From: Chara braunii
Taxonomy: Eukaryota; Plantae; Charophyceae
Length of the DNA: 64,000 nt
Direction of reading: 5' to 3'
NCBI GenBank assembly: GCA_003427395.1
Contig: BFEA01000011.1
Coordinates: forward strand, 4,369,832 to 4,433,831
Both the position numbers and the translations under genes were made by a program. The notes under the pieces are model-generated. The model ran no database searches, had not been told where the DNA came from, and was given only the letters and a program-made list of their open reading frames with translations. Below, piece by piece: positions 14,310 to 28,000 of the stretch; position 1 is the first letter of the stretch, and each line of letters opens with the position of its first letter.

Positions 14310-14507
14310 TCAACTGTTTTCCCGTTTTTTTTTTACGTGTGTATTTATTTATTTATTATTATTATTATTTTTTATCGTGTGTCGTCCCTACAGAAGCGGA
14401 GCCCGGCCTTGGCGCTACGACCGGGCCTTCCCTTGGCCGACCAGCCTGAGGCTGCGGCGCGTATACGGGAAGGCCCGCGGCCGAACACTGAGCGAGGTAC
14501 TGGTGGT
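13132..14507. mobile_element. Same TIR family, spanning an N-gap, TTTA TSD
   Basis: TTTA|ACCACCAGTACC ... GGTACTGGTGGT|TTTA; opposite orientation to 5925-6123. Confidence 0.75.
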
Positions 14508-14819
14508 TTTAGAAGAACAGTCAATTTAACAAATGATCTAACATTTCCAAATGTTTGGTGGACAAATAACAATTTGATTTTAAATTCATTAAGTCAATTT
14601 CCATATCTATCTATTTTATACTGAAGTTCATATTTCTAATGAATATTTTATGCAATTATTATTCACTAGAAATCAATCATTTAACATGAAGAATTTTTAT
14701 AAGAGTAGCAATTATGGTTCGTCTGTCTTTATAAGATGGCTACTTATATTTTAGTAAGAATTAAGGTAGAAAACCATTTGCTTGTTTATCCTTCCAAATG
14801 TTTCGATTGAACTGAAAGA

Positions 14820-14880
14820 AAAGGATTAGAACTCGGGTCTGCTCGTTAACACTTGATGGGTTGACCATTCAGCCACACCG
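14820..14880 (-). other. tRNA-like remnant (SINE head or tRNA pseudogene)
   Basis: Minus strand GTGGCTGAATGG ... TGTTAAC ... GAGTTCTAATCC. Confidence 0.45.
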
Positions 14881-15148
14881 GTTGGGTCGGGCCCACTTGG
14901 CCAACTGTAGCATTGAGAATTTTTTTTATTATAATCGTTTATTATTTAAATTACTATCAATCCACAAGCTATGACACTCGCATGGAGAGAATCGACAGCA
15001 GAGCAGAGCAGAATGGGATACCTAAAGCAGCAGAGGACGGCATTGTTTTTCTTGTTGTTTTTGTTGTTGTCAACAAAAAATGTATACCCAGGTCGAAAGG
15101 GCATATTAGTGTTTCTTTGTTTCTTTTTTAATAGAAAGTGGAAGCTAT

Positions 15149-15278
15149 GACCTTTGGGACATCCGTAAAAATTGGAACAATACGGAGAAGATTAGCATGG
15201 ATGGACCCTGTGCACATTGACACACATAAATCGAGAAATGTTTAAAAAACTCGAAGAAACAAACAAACAAAAAAAAAA
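15149..15278 (+). pseudogene. U6: U6 snRNA retrocopy with A-tail
   Basis: GGACATCCGTAAAAATTGGAAC...GAGAAGATTAGCATGG...CATAAATCGAGAAATG, then an A-rich tail. Confidence 0.88.
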
Positions 15279-15288
15279 CGGCAGCCAC

Positions 15289-15396
15289 GTCCTTCAGTAC
15301 ATTCGTCAAAATTGGAATGATACAATGAAGATTAGCATGGCCCCTGCAGCGAGGATGACACATAAGCCAAGAAATGGTCCAAATTAGAAAAAAAAG
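15289..15396 (+). pseudogene. U6: Second tandem U6 snRNA retrocopy with A-tail
   Basis: AAAATTGGAATGATACA...GAAGATTAGCATGGCCCCTGC...GGATGACAC...AGAAATGGTCCAAATT; flanks GGCAGCCAC / GGCATCCAC. Confidence 0.88.
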
Positions 15397-17094
15397 GGCA
15401 TCCACATGTCTCTTGCTTTTATTTCTCATCCGGCTGCTAGAAGATGCAAACACGTCAAGACTCAAGAGGGCATCATTGTCGTCCACCGGAACCATTTTCT
15501 TTTCCAAAAAAGGTTGGCTGACGTGCCGATATGTTGACGTCAGTGTAAATGACCTCGCCCCCGGAGGTATTGGTCACGTCAACTATAGCTATCAATCTCT
15601 CTACTTCCTCTCTTTTCCTTCCACAAGAACTGCAACACAGCTCTCCTACAACTTCTTCGTTCTATTGTACTCTCTCTACTGAGTGGAAACTCCCTCCTGA
15701 ACGAAAACTCTCTTCAACCCAACCTTATAAAAAATCCTCTCGATACCTGACCCATCTGTGCCGAGACAGCTCTCTCTTCCTCCCTCATAATGGTTCTCGC
15801 TTTGCTTCGTCCACAACAAACAAATGCACCCCATCACATCTGCCGCATCCACCAAACCTGCCGCCGAACCTGTGAAGCTGGTTAAATCTTGCTTCCAAAC
15901 CAGCAGCCAAGTGCGGCAAACCTGTTGTCAGACCTGTCGAATCTGGCAAGCCCATGTATTCTATATATAACAAATATAGCCACTGCAAAACCTGTGACAC
16001 CCTTTCCTGACACCTGACATGTGGGTGAAGGTGCTGCAATGGGACAGCTTGCCGCCAAACAACGAAAAAGTGTCTGACGGACGGAGGATGGGCTGCAAAG
16101 ATGAAAAAAGAGCAGCAGTCCCCTGGCTGACCACACACAGCAAACTGCCAATCCCTATCTGCAAAGTGAAAATTGTCTCCCTCTCTCATCTTCTTCCCAT
16201 CCATAACCCTCACACACCCTCCAGCTCGAGCACCAGAGCCCTCTTTACGCCTGGCTCCACTACTTACGGCATGCACAAAAGACAAAAAACATGGCCGTTG
16301 AGCACTACAAGAGCATACCTCCCCTTGTTCTAGCGGACGATCCACTCTCGTTTTGCAAAATTGGTGAGTAGCGAAGCAAGGGCCGTTGAGCACTACAAGA
16401 GTGCGTTGGATTTGATTGCCAGGCAAACAATCGTGGAGCAAACGGAGTCGCTCGACGTGGTGGCGAGCTGACTGCAGGAAGAAAGTACACACCACAGTTC
16501 CCGATCTTCATTGCAATCAACCGACGGCGACGATCGCAAATATATTATAATATGCGGCGAATTTATGCCCCTCCCTCAAGCTTGCAGCAGCGCAAAGAGG
16601 TGTGAAACTGCATGTTTGTTAAATTTCCGATTTCCCTCGGAATGCGACTGTTTCACACCTCTAAAGGTGTACCCTCATTTGGAACCATGCTTCAGTCACT
16701 CTGTGCCCATCACATGTCGGCACTGACGGCTAGACCTTCCCGATTAACCCAGACACGCCAGCAAACTGACCAACCCGGTTTTGCAACGCGCAAGGTAAAC
16801 CTTCTCGATAAACCCAGACACGCCGGCAAACTTACCAACCCGGTTTTGGAACCATTATGTACATAATGGTTCCAGGCATTGGCAAATCTGGATTAACTCG
16901 CTCATTTTTTTAACATGTGGTATGCATCGATAAACCATGTACGCGAGTCACAAGGTAAACCTGCTGCGCCACATGTTGTATAGACCACCTGGCTCAGTGG
17001 ATCGACAATGTTCATCCATGCATGTGGTTAACCTGGTGCAATAAAAAAGAGGTAAGCCTTGAGCCAGTCCATTGGCAAAACCCGATGGGCTGGC

Positions 17095-17202
17095 TCAAGG
17101 AAACAGGGGCTGCTGCTGAAGACCTGAGTTCTCTGGCACCCCCATGATCAGATTCATGTTCTGCAGTGCCTGGCCAGATGCGCCTTTCACCAGATTGTCA
17201 AT
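17095..17202 (-). CDS. argC: argC last exon ([21 protein letters not shown]...QPLFP*)
   Basis: [11 protein letters not shown] motif; TGA at 17097-17095. Confidence 0.95.
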   Translation of the reverse strand: MDNLVKGASGQALQNMNLIMGVPENSGLQQQPLFP

Positions 17203-17641
17203 CTGTAGGGGCACAAAGAACAAAGCCCGCCAATCAAAGGAATGAGACGCATGGCTCGCTAACGAGATTCCTTATATTCGCGGTAAAACACACACACACA
17301 CACGCACATCGTGCCAGCCTACGTCAATATCCAATATAGCAAATATCTCCTACATAGTACATAGTCAATGGGATAACGACTAAGGGAGTGTGGTTATTCC
17401 TGGAAATGGAGAACCGCAAAGTATATGGGCCAGAGTCGTAGGTGCTGCTATGGACTGCATGAACGGAAACAACTTATCACCAGAACCGTCGTATCGCAGC
17501 TTGCTATGCTATGGGTTATGCTAAGAACCCATAGCAATAATGCACACCAACAATCTTCAACATAATCCAACAGCACCGGCACACAATTGGCGAGGGGGAT
17601 CCTAAAAGACGAGAATATCAACATGCAGAACCAGTAACGTA

Positions 17642-17678
<37 letters not shown>

Positions 17679-17771
17679 GTAACGTAGCTCTATCTAGTAC
17701 TGAAAGAAACAAACAAGAGTAACGTAGCTCTTTTTTTTTTCTTTTTTTCTTTTTTTAACAAGTAACGTAGC

Positions 17772-17819
<48 letters not shown>

Positions 17820-19217
17820 TTTATTTTTATTTTATTTTTTTAACCAGTAACGTAGCTCTATCTACTACTGAAAGAAACAAACAAGACAGGTCCGTATGCA
17901 ACCAAACCAGAACAATAAATACCCTTGCATTCGGAAAACGTTTAAAAAAGAAGACAAAAGACAAGCGCAACATTATCATATCGAATAGAAAGGGAGAGAA
18001 CAGAATAACTCTGGCCAGTACAAGTCTGACGTAGTGTCAGAAAGGACTGGGAAGTAAGGGGGGGGGTGTGAGTTGCAAAGCAACCGTCGAACACCAATCC
18101 CCCCAAACCCATGCAAAGGCCTGAAGAAAATTTAGACAAGTAAGAAAACGACTACAGGGTTCTTTTATATCTTTCATGTATTTAAGGGACGCTGGACCCG
18201 GTTTCCAGCTGGTGTTGCTCCCCACCAATAGCTGGAGCGGTTTAAAAAAAAAAAAAAAACGAGAACAGGGCTCCTCCCTTCTACCTTTCTGAACTGGAAG
18301 TAACCCCCCCCCTCCCTCTCCTCCCCCCCTCCCTCTCCCCACCCCACCCCACCACAACCACCACCACCACCACCAAATCCCACTTGTAAACAACACGGAC
18401 TTGCGCTAAAAACAACAAAAGCATGTGTGCCTGTGTGTGTTGTTTGTGCATGGAGGGATGCATGTATGTCACGTGACTGCTCCTGGTGAAACACACCCCG
18501 GGAGAATGAAGAAAACACGCTGCTCCTTAAGAATGACGACAAGCTGAAGTCTGATATACACAAACCAACACACAAACTTCGGGGAAATGATTTGGAAACT
18601 TACCACAGAGATTATAATTGCCCTTCCAGGAATGCGGTCTTCAAAGAGTCCGAGCAAGCAGTAGTTCGATCCCCTGACGTAGTGTGTGTGTGGAACGCCT
18701 CCCTTTGGCATCACCGTAACAAACTCCTCATCCTGCAAGGCATTGATGAGCAGTGGGACAGTGCATTAAGCATGCCAGAGTATAAATGAGGAGCATGCAC
18801 ACTGCCAACAACAGCAAGTAAACGACAGAACAAAACAAACTAGTGATGCAAAGAGTGCAAGATCGTCTTATTATCTGACGTGAACTGGCTTCAAACTTCA
18901 AAGTCCACTGCCGAAACACATTTCTGAAGCCTGATTCTTGATTGGTCGTTTGCGACAGGACTGCAGGGTCCCTGCGTTTGTCAAAATGGCCCTTGGTCTG
19001 AAACGATAATGTCCAAAAAATCTGTGTGTCAGTCCACGACCTTTCGAAAGCAGTCTTAGGAAAAGCCCAACATAGCCAGCAAACGGGACAGAGCCAGCAT
19101 GGGAAGTACTCTTTGAGTTGTACCTTTTGGCTGAACTGAAGTTCTGAGGTCAAAAGTCTGTCTTTGGGCCTCAAAACAGGTCTTGAAAAGTCCTTAGGTC
19201 CGTCGACCTGGGGTCAG

Positions 19218-19282
<65 letters not shown>

Positions 19283-19468
19283 GTTTCTAGTTGCCATTAT
19301 GGAACTCTAGAGAGACTGCCGGTGATAATCCGGAGGAAGGTGAGGATGACGTCAAGTCAGCGTGCCCCTTACATCCTGAGCGACACACGTGCTACAATGG
19401 CCGGGACACAACTCGCAAAACCTTACCAGCCCTTGACATATGAAAGAAACTCCTCGTAAGAGATGTAT

Positions 19469-19555
<87 letters not shown>

Positions 19556-20865
19556 GCTGTGCATACGGAGTGAGCAGGAGAGTAGTATAGGTGGACACAT
19601 CATAGGAGGTACTACATTGTGGTTGTATTGACGAGTGGAGACAAGGAGTTGGGCTTTCATTATCGAGGGACTCCAATGTCAGTGTGTACTCGTTTGGTGC
19701 GCTCTTGGCTTTGTTGCTTTGAGTCTTCTGCTGGACGGAAAATTTGTGTTCTCATTGATTGCTGCCTTTCATTTCCTTTCATTTCCACTATTTCTCCGTC
19801 ATACATATGTCTTCAAATTTCCTTTCTCCAGACTATGCTGTGTTCTCCGACGTCAGCCTGCATCGGGCTCTCCAGCAGAGCATTGGTGCTGCTGAACAAA
19901 TCGACCATGCCCCAACGCTCAGAGTAAATCAGCTCCACCCGGTCTTTGGCTATCTATACACGATCTATCTTTCTTCTTGGGTATAATAAATTTTACTATT
20001 TTATTTTTTTATTCTTGTGAATCTTTTTACTAATTTAGCAATTTACTAATTTCGTTAATAATGCTGAGGCCTGATGGACCATTCTTTGCAGGAGAAACAA
20101 CAAGAACGCACTTGATGCTGTATTGCAGGAGAATCGTATATGTAAAAGGTGGACATGTCATAACGTCGCACACACACGTGATGCTGCATTGCATGAAGGT
20201 GAATTGGTAATCACCTGGAACTGCAATTGAAGTCGCTCCCTGAGATCATCCACTGTTTTCCCGGGTTCCATCTCCACATAAATAGTCGACTGCATTCCCC
20301 GGATCTGCAAAAAGGAAACACCAAAAGTTGTCGAATGGCAACAACCATGTAAGGAGGAGTAATTTGAGCAGAGATTCCACAACTCTCAAATTTCGAAGTG
20401 TCAGGAATGGCTCAAAGTAGTTCAAATACTGGAAGATGACGCAACCATGAAAAGAGAACAGGCTGTTCTCAAAAACATAGTCGAATGGCAACAACCTGTT
20501 CTCTTTTCTTTGCTCTTTGAGTGAGTCAAATGCTGGAAGATGACGCAGACGCTGCTGCAGCGCAATAAAAGTGAGAGAATTTACTTTCCCAGAGTGAAGA
20601 AAACACGACTAAGCCGGTCGAATGCCGCAACATGACAAAAATGTGCTGCGGCAGTACGATATAATGTGAGTGTACAGGCTGGGTGAAGGGGAAGGGAGGT
20701 AGAAAGAAGGAGGTGCCGGGAACATTATAATGTGCACACAAAGGTGCTGTGCTAGCATAACATAATCTGATTCTCTGAAGTGCAATGGCTGGAAAAAAAA
20801 AAGTTCAAAAAACAAAAGTGCACCATACATTACAAATTACAATATGCACCACACGTGCCACGGAT

Positions 20866-20929
<64 letters not shown>

Positions 20930-21734
20930 AAGGTGGCCTCCCGCCTGTTGGCATACATTGCCGAATGCAGAGAGCTTTCCCGGGCTTGTTGGCTCATAGC
21001 ATTGGTATCTGGCTGGTCTGATCACCATCAGCCCGTTTGGTCTTGCCAAAACCGGCGGTCCCCATGTGCGGTCACCTACACACCGAACAGACACCCTTGT
21101 AAAGATGCCGTCCCGACAACATGGAGCATTGGAGGCCAATGCTTAGGTGGTTGACGGAGGGGGGAAAGTACAAGATCGATGCTAAGAAAAGCGAGTTCGG
21201 CGAAGATGATATCCTCTACTTGGGATAGGTCATTGGAAAGCAGATGGCACAGCCTGGCAGACGGTGAGTTGTGTACATAGCAGATAGCAGATAGTTACGA
21301 TCCCCTGCCTTTCTCTTCACCTCCGGATATCTCATCTATGGATATACACAACATCCAACTGGACGACCAGCACCACTAAATGAAGAAAAACCTGCAGTAC
21401 ATAATGAGGGATGAGCGAAGTTTACCATCGGTAATAAGTGAGGTGTGAAGCTGACTCTCATTCTCTTCCCGGCAAAGTCAGCAAGCCCTTGCTCAATCTC
21501 AGGCACTGCAAAAGCACAGTACAAGACATGGAAACACAAACACCAAGCACATAGACAGTGAGTGAACACAAATTTAGCTGTACTGTGTTTGCCATTGGCT
21601 TAGGTTATTCAACTCAAGTAGCATCATCATGATGTTATTCTTTTTCTTTTCGTTTGAGAAACAAATGTGTTTCTCGAGTGCTTTCAAATGTTTGACGAAG
21701 ACACATGGGCAAATGCAATCGGTAAAAAAAGCCA

Positions 21735-21819
<85 letters not shown>

Positions 21820-22009
21820 NNNNNNNNNNNNNNNNNNNNNNNNNNNNNNNNNNNNNNNNNNNNNNNNNNNNNNNNNNNNNNNNNNNNNNNNNNNNNNNNN
21901 NNNNNNNNNNNNNNNNNNNNNNNNNNNNNNNNNNNNNNNNNNNNNNNNNNNNNNNNNNNNNNNNNNNNNNNNNNNNNNNNNNNNNNNNNNNNNNNNNNNN
22001 NNNNNNNNN

Positions 22010-22095
<86 letters not shown>

Positions 22096-25000
22096 GGACT
22101 CAATCAAGCATATGTGGTGAAGACATATGGCCGAAGGCAGTCAAAACTTCCTGGAGCAATTAGCCAGTCCTAGGAATGAGCAGAGTTCTGTGAGGTTCTC
22201 GGGCACCAGCCAGTCTCTAATTGCTTCAATCTTGCTATCATCAGGTGCTCGGGCACCAGCCAGTCTCTAATTGCTGCAATCTTGCTATCATCAGGGTATA
22301 CAGCATCTCCATCTATGACACGGCTGAGATACAACACACGTTACTTCTCCCACTCATACTTCTTGGGATTTAACTTAAACTTATTCTCTCTTAGCTTTGC
22401 CAGGACTTTGCGTAGATGCTCTTCATGCTGTAGAAAGCTTCTCCCAGAATGATCTCTTCATTAGAGAGAACACATTATCTACCTTCACCACTGGCCGTAA
22501 GAAACAGCAATCCGTCAGCTATCTTCTCTTCTCCCAGAATGATCTCTCTTCATTAGAGGGAATACATAGTCTATCTTCACGACTGGCCATGAGAAACAGC
22601 AATCCGTCAGCTATCTTGTCTTCATTAGAGGGAACTCATAGTCTATCTTCACCACTGGCCATGAGAAACAGCAATCTGCCAGCTATCTTCAGCACTGGCC
22701 CTGAGAAACACAAGGCATCGGCGACAACATTGTATTTCCCCTTCACCGGTTTCAGCCCAAAGTCAAACTGACCCATGGCCGTAAGCCCATCTTCTTCCTA
22801 GTAGATGATGTCGTCATGTCTGAGGGCTTCATAGAGGGCATAGAACTCTCATTCACTCATGTACAGAGTCTGCTATTTTTGCTGACGGCAGTCTTTTAAA
22901 CATGTACTCTCCCCGTCTATAGCCCTTGCCGCCATCCTGCTGTAATGCAGCTCCTATCCCGTACTGGCGATTGTCCGTGCTCACCACAAGTGGCAAGGAA
23001 GGATCTGCAATCTTCAGTACCAGGTATTCTACCAACGCTTTCTTCAAAGCCAAATAGCTTCCCCCTCCTTAAGTTCGGAACTGGTGCCGCTATACTGGAA
23101 AAGTCCCAAATGAACTTTCTGCAGTATTCGCCATTCCTAGGAATGAGGCCACTTATCTAAGGTTCTTGGGTACAGTCTCTAATTGCTGCAATCTTACTAT
23201 CATCAGGCTGTACACCATCTCCATCTATAACATGGACAAGATACAACACATGCTGCTTTGCTCACTCGCACTTCTTGGGTTTACCTTTAAGGCTTGAACT
23301 ATTACTTCCTCAGCTTTTCTAGGACTTTGCGTAAATGTTCTTCGCTCATCTGGAGAAAGGTGGAGCTGGAGGGTGATGGTGAAGACCTCCATGGCTGTTG
23401 AGTAGTAGGGAAGGGGTAGTAGGCCTAAAAGCTATGGGGGTGCGCGTGATGGAAACAGCCAGGCTATGGAGGATCAATAGACGTACGAGGACGGAGGAGT
23501 TAGGAAGCGGGAATGTGACTCGCGTTCGGCTAAGATGGACCTTCATCTCCACTTCCTTGATGAACGCTGCTTGTGAAGGCCCATGCGAGGGTACCGGTTG
23601 AGCAGGAACTTCATCCGAGAGTGTGGCTGTAGCGGGATTAGACCGGAGAGGCATATAGTAGTGTTTGCATTGTCGTTTGAACATCTGTGTTGCACATGGA
23701 TGGTTCGCCATAGCTAGGGATGCAACCACGTGAAGAAGAGTGAGGTTGTGGCTAACAGGAGAGAGCTTTATGTGCTGGCAGTAAAGGGGAGGTGATCGGA
23801 CATTGATTCTCGCTCCCTTATTGTTGTTTATTAAGATACCGGCGGAGGTCATGAGGGAGAGATGCTGGGGGAGAGAAGGGGGATAGATAACATTGGTTCA
23901 AATGTTTGTTCGTCTTCTTTTTCTTCTTCTTCTTCTATTCTTCATTCTTATTCCTCCCTTGTCTCAACTCTTCAATCTCTTTCATTTGAGTTGCAATGGA
24001 ATGACATTGTCTTGCATTGAGTACTGACCAGGATCATAGGCATCAAGCACCATTCATCTGGGATCATTAGGCATCAAGCACCATTGTCTAAGACAATGTC
24101 CCAGAGACTTATTTATTTAAGCCGGCAGTTCATCCGAGCCTTTTTTCGCCGAGGTGGATTACCCCTGCTCGCCACGCTCTGCCGAAACACGAGAGCAGCG
24201 TTTTCTTTTTCCTTACACTAGTGCTGCCAGCCATTTTGGTCTAGACGAACTTCTCGGAATGACTCATTTTTTATTCTCAAGTTTGCCTAGGCGGTGTACT
24301 TGTGCGGTTTAATATGTCCAATACTTCATGTGCTGCACCACTTTTTGGCACACTGGACAGCCCACAATGGAGACGTGTGCCCCATGCATGTTCAGGTTTC
24401 ATTCTTGTCTGGTTTCCGTTCGAGTTGCAGTTTGGTACTGGCTCCATTTCGGGTCCTTCTCAGTTCCAGTTTGTCCATGGTATGGTTCCTCCTTGCCACC
24501 GGTTTGATCGTAAGAGGTTTCAGATTGAGCTCAGCTCAGTTTACCGAACTTGATTGCAGTTGAGCTCGGTTCCAGTTGAGTTACAGTTTTACAGATGGAT
24601 CTCAATTTCATCATACGAGGTTTCAGTTTTGATCATAAGAGGTTTGAATTCAGTTCACTCAACTTTGCTGAACTTTTATCATACGAGGTTGCAGATGGAG
24701 CCCCGTTCCAGTTGAGTTAAAAGTTCCAGTTGGGTCTCAATTCGGCTGAAGTTCGGGTCCTTCTTGCTTTCAGTGTGGTGCCAGTTTTGTTTTCCAGCCC
24801 GTTGTCAATTGATGTCCAGCTCCAGATGGGTTCCAATTTGGTTCCAGTTCGGTTCCTGTGTGGTTCCAATTTGGTTCCAATTTGGTTCCCAATTTGGTTC
24901 CAATTTGGTTCCAATTTGGTTCCAATTTGGCTCCTGTGTGGTCCCAGTTCAGTTCCTACTTGGCGCCAGCTTGTTTCCCAGCCCGTTTCCAGTTGATGCC

Positions 25001-28000
25001 CACTTCCAGCTGAGGTCCACTTTTGTCCCGATTTGGTTCCTGTGTGGTGCCAGTTTGCCGATCCAGCCTGGTACAGGGTTATTTCGGTGTTCACTGTTCA
25101 GGTCGGGTTGTCAGGGAGCATGGAGGTAACTGCATGATGCAACAAGGTTTCCATTGCAGATTGGTAAGCATACTTGCAAGCGGACGCCATCCGGGCGGTT
25201 CCACACGTGCGGCAGACCGCTGGACCGGACCCGCGCGGCGCACGAATGTCCGCCCGATTACCAGTTACACCCCACACCCCCCCCCCAAAAAAAAAATGGC
25301 CCTGTCCGGTCCGGTCCGGGTCCGTCTGGTCCGGGGGGAGGGTGCCGCACGTGGCAAAGCAGACCGGACCGGACGCTCGTCCGGTCCGTCTGCTTGCAAG
25401 TATGTTGGTAAGTGATGCATACCCTAGATGCAAATAGCAGCTGTGGGTCAAAACTGGGAAAGAAGGCCTACCATGTCGATGATTTGTTATTCCGTAGGCA
25501 TACATGCCCTCTGCAACCTCTGAGTAAAGGTTTGATTCCTTCGCCGAGCGTCCTGCATCATGATCGGTTGGTCAACACAACAACAACAACAAAAACAAAA
25601 AAGCACAAAGGAAAAGCATTGAGGCAACAGCATTCACATGAACAAGCATCCAACCCCATTATGTAGACAAACAAACAAGATATGGAAACTAGACCTGCCT
25701 TGCAAGGGACTACACAAAGGCATGGGCAGCAACACGAAGAGGCGCACAGTGGACCTGCTCTGCATTGGAGTGTTTGAATTGGAGATGTAGTGCTGTATAT
25801 ACTTTTTAAAAGTTTCACAAGCAAGCAAGGCACATGAAAAGGACCACCTGGAGTTCACCTACTTCCACGGTGACCAACCGATGGTGCGCTCCATCTTTCG
25901 CCCTGATTGTCGCAGTCTCTAGATTCCTGCAACTGTGCACACTGACCTCTGTAGGCTATGTACTATGCACGGCACGAGAGCAGAACTTTTCCTGCTTTCC
26001 TTTCCTTTCTTTCTCCTTGTTGGCTGTTGTGAAAGTAAATAAAAACATGATAACATACATGATACCACAACAAAAGAACATCAGGCAAGTGTACCCTCGC
26101 AACCCGTCCCGGAAATAAAGCCCAGCATGGTACTCAAGGTTGTAAGGCCTGTGCCCAACTTGCCCTCCACAAACATTAGCCGATCCCCACTTTCCACACA
26201 CAAACCCCTCCCCCCCAATCTGCTAGCCACAGTTGAAGCTTCTCTATCGCTACCTCAAACCGCCAGTACACGGGCCCAGCCTTGCAGAAAGTTTTTGTCG
26301 CCACAAGCAAAACTCGGAGGGGGCACGCGGCGTGGGGCGCCGTTGGGAAAAAAAATCGGCAACCTCCGAAGTGGTGCGGGTTTCATTCTGACACCTGCGG
26401 GCCGGCGTGTGGTGTACTCGTGCTTCAATCCTGAATAAGTGCATGCAAGCAAGATAGCTGTAAAGTACCTTATTTAGGAGTCTTTATATTTCTGAAAAAG
26501 CAAGAAACTACAAAAAAGTTGAAAAACTTGAAAAAAGGTATTTTACTATTTCACAATGGGCTCCTCCTGTATCTGGAATTGCCAGACTCAGACACCGCTG
26601 GGAAACTAACATCTTTACATTTGAGCATCCATATACAAAACCATATTCAGTATTGCTCGAAACCTCGAACTATACTCACACACAAGCATGGAAGTGCAGT
26701 CTGAACTGCAAGCAAAGTATGGCACCTTTCTGGAACAAGGAGGCACCCATGCTTTTATGAAGTTTTATGAAGTTTTATCATTTTATGATTTATATCAGCA
26801 TTCCTTAAATTGCACCATGTCTCAGAAAATGCCCCTCCATCCCCAAAGCAAGTACCTGAGTCTGCAAGTTATCGGTTTAAAAGTTTAGGAGCTGTCGTCG
26901 TTGTTGCCACCATAGTCAACCCACCCCATTCCCCTCTCACGGCACAGCATTGAAAAGCCTGCCATTTGACCTCCCTGGCCACGCTCCGTCTCCTTAGATC
27001 CCCATGTCTCCCCAACCCCACTGCCCCACCCTGTGTGAGGTCTTTACGATATCCTCCGAACCAGGCGTACCTCTGCCTTCACGCCCATGGTCGTCTCGTA
27101 TCCCACGAGCCTCCCCAACCCGTTGACACCCCTTTCCACTCTCAAGTCCCACGAACAAGACAAGCAGACCCTCAAAACAAGAAAAACCACAGGTATTGAA
27201 AAAAGAACGGTGTTGGTTAGGCACAGCCGCTGGACACCCGTCCTCCGTCCTACTGCACTGAGAATATTTCTCACCCCCTCCCCTACGCCTCTATGGCCTT
27301 GGACTTGCCCTACAACTTAGAGATTGACCTGGGTCCTGGGCCTTTTTGAACGGGGATTTTCTGACCCTGTTTTCCAGAAACCAAGGTATGTAGAACACCA
27401 TGGAACACTGTTTTTCTTGAACATGCAATAACCAACCATCTCAACATTCTCAGCCTTCCATAATCACAGCAATTCATCATTCTGAGGCAACTTCCTCAAG
27501 ATCATGCAACCATGCACATTGTTAGCTTGTCATGGGTTCTGTTCGCGTGTTCTACTCTGCTACTCCCGATGGCAATTGTCTGGATTTGGGCAAACACAAA
27601 TGCCAAACTGGGCCCTCATTACCACAGCTGCTTTTTTGACATAGCCATATCTTAACAGCAATGGGGTAGACCAAGATGTGCTAAGGAACTGATCCGCCAC
27701 TGATGGCCAATGTCCCTCCGCCTCCCCCCCCCTTACAAGCGTGCTGGGTTAGCTAGCTTCCGACAAAGGCCAAAGCCCTCAAATCCACATTGGCATCGCA
27801 TGCTCTCCTTACCACAGCGTCACCCTTCACGTACCCATCTCTTTCAACAGCACGCCCGTCAATTCCGCACTTAGCTCTGTCACATTTGACCAACTTTTGA
27901 CCTGGAGTTGAACCTTGCCTGCTGTGTCAGCTCCGCAGCTTAGACCAAGGTTTGACCAAAGTTTGACCAAGAACTGACAACTGCTGCACCAGCAAGAGAA

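Noticed and set aside
13231-14449. Long ORFs over gaps and microsatellites (also 1842-2420, 21629-22173, 31917-33109, 39050-39425)
   Set aside because: They are produced by N-runs and (GA)n/(CA)n repeats and have no protein signal.
17629-17886. CRISPR-like repeat/spacer layout (also 53742-53945)
   Set aside because: The spacers are homopolymers, the context is eukaryotic and there are no cas genes.
19217-19445. Functional rRNA gene or bacterial contamination
   Set aside because: It is a short, mutated, permuted fragment inside a well-supported intron and carries organelle-type signatures.
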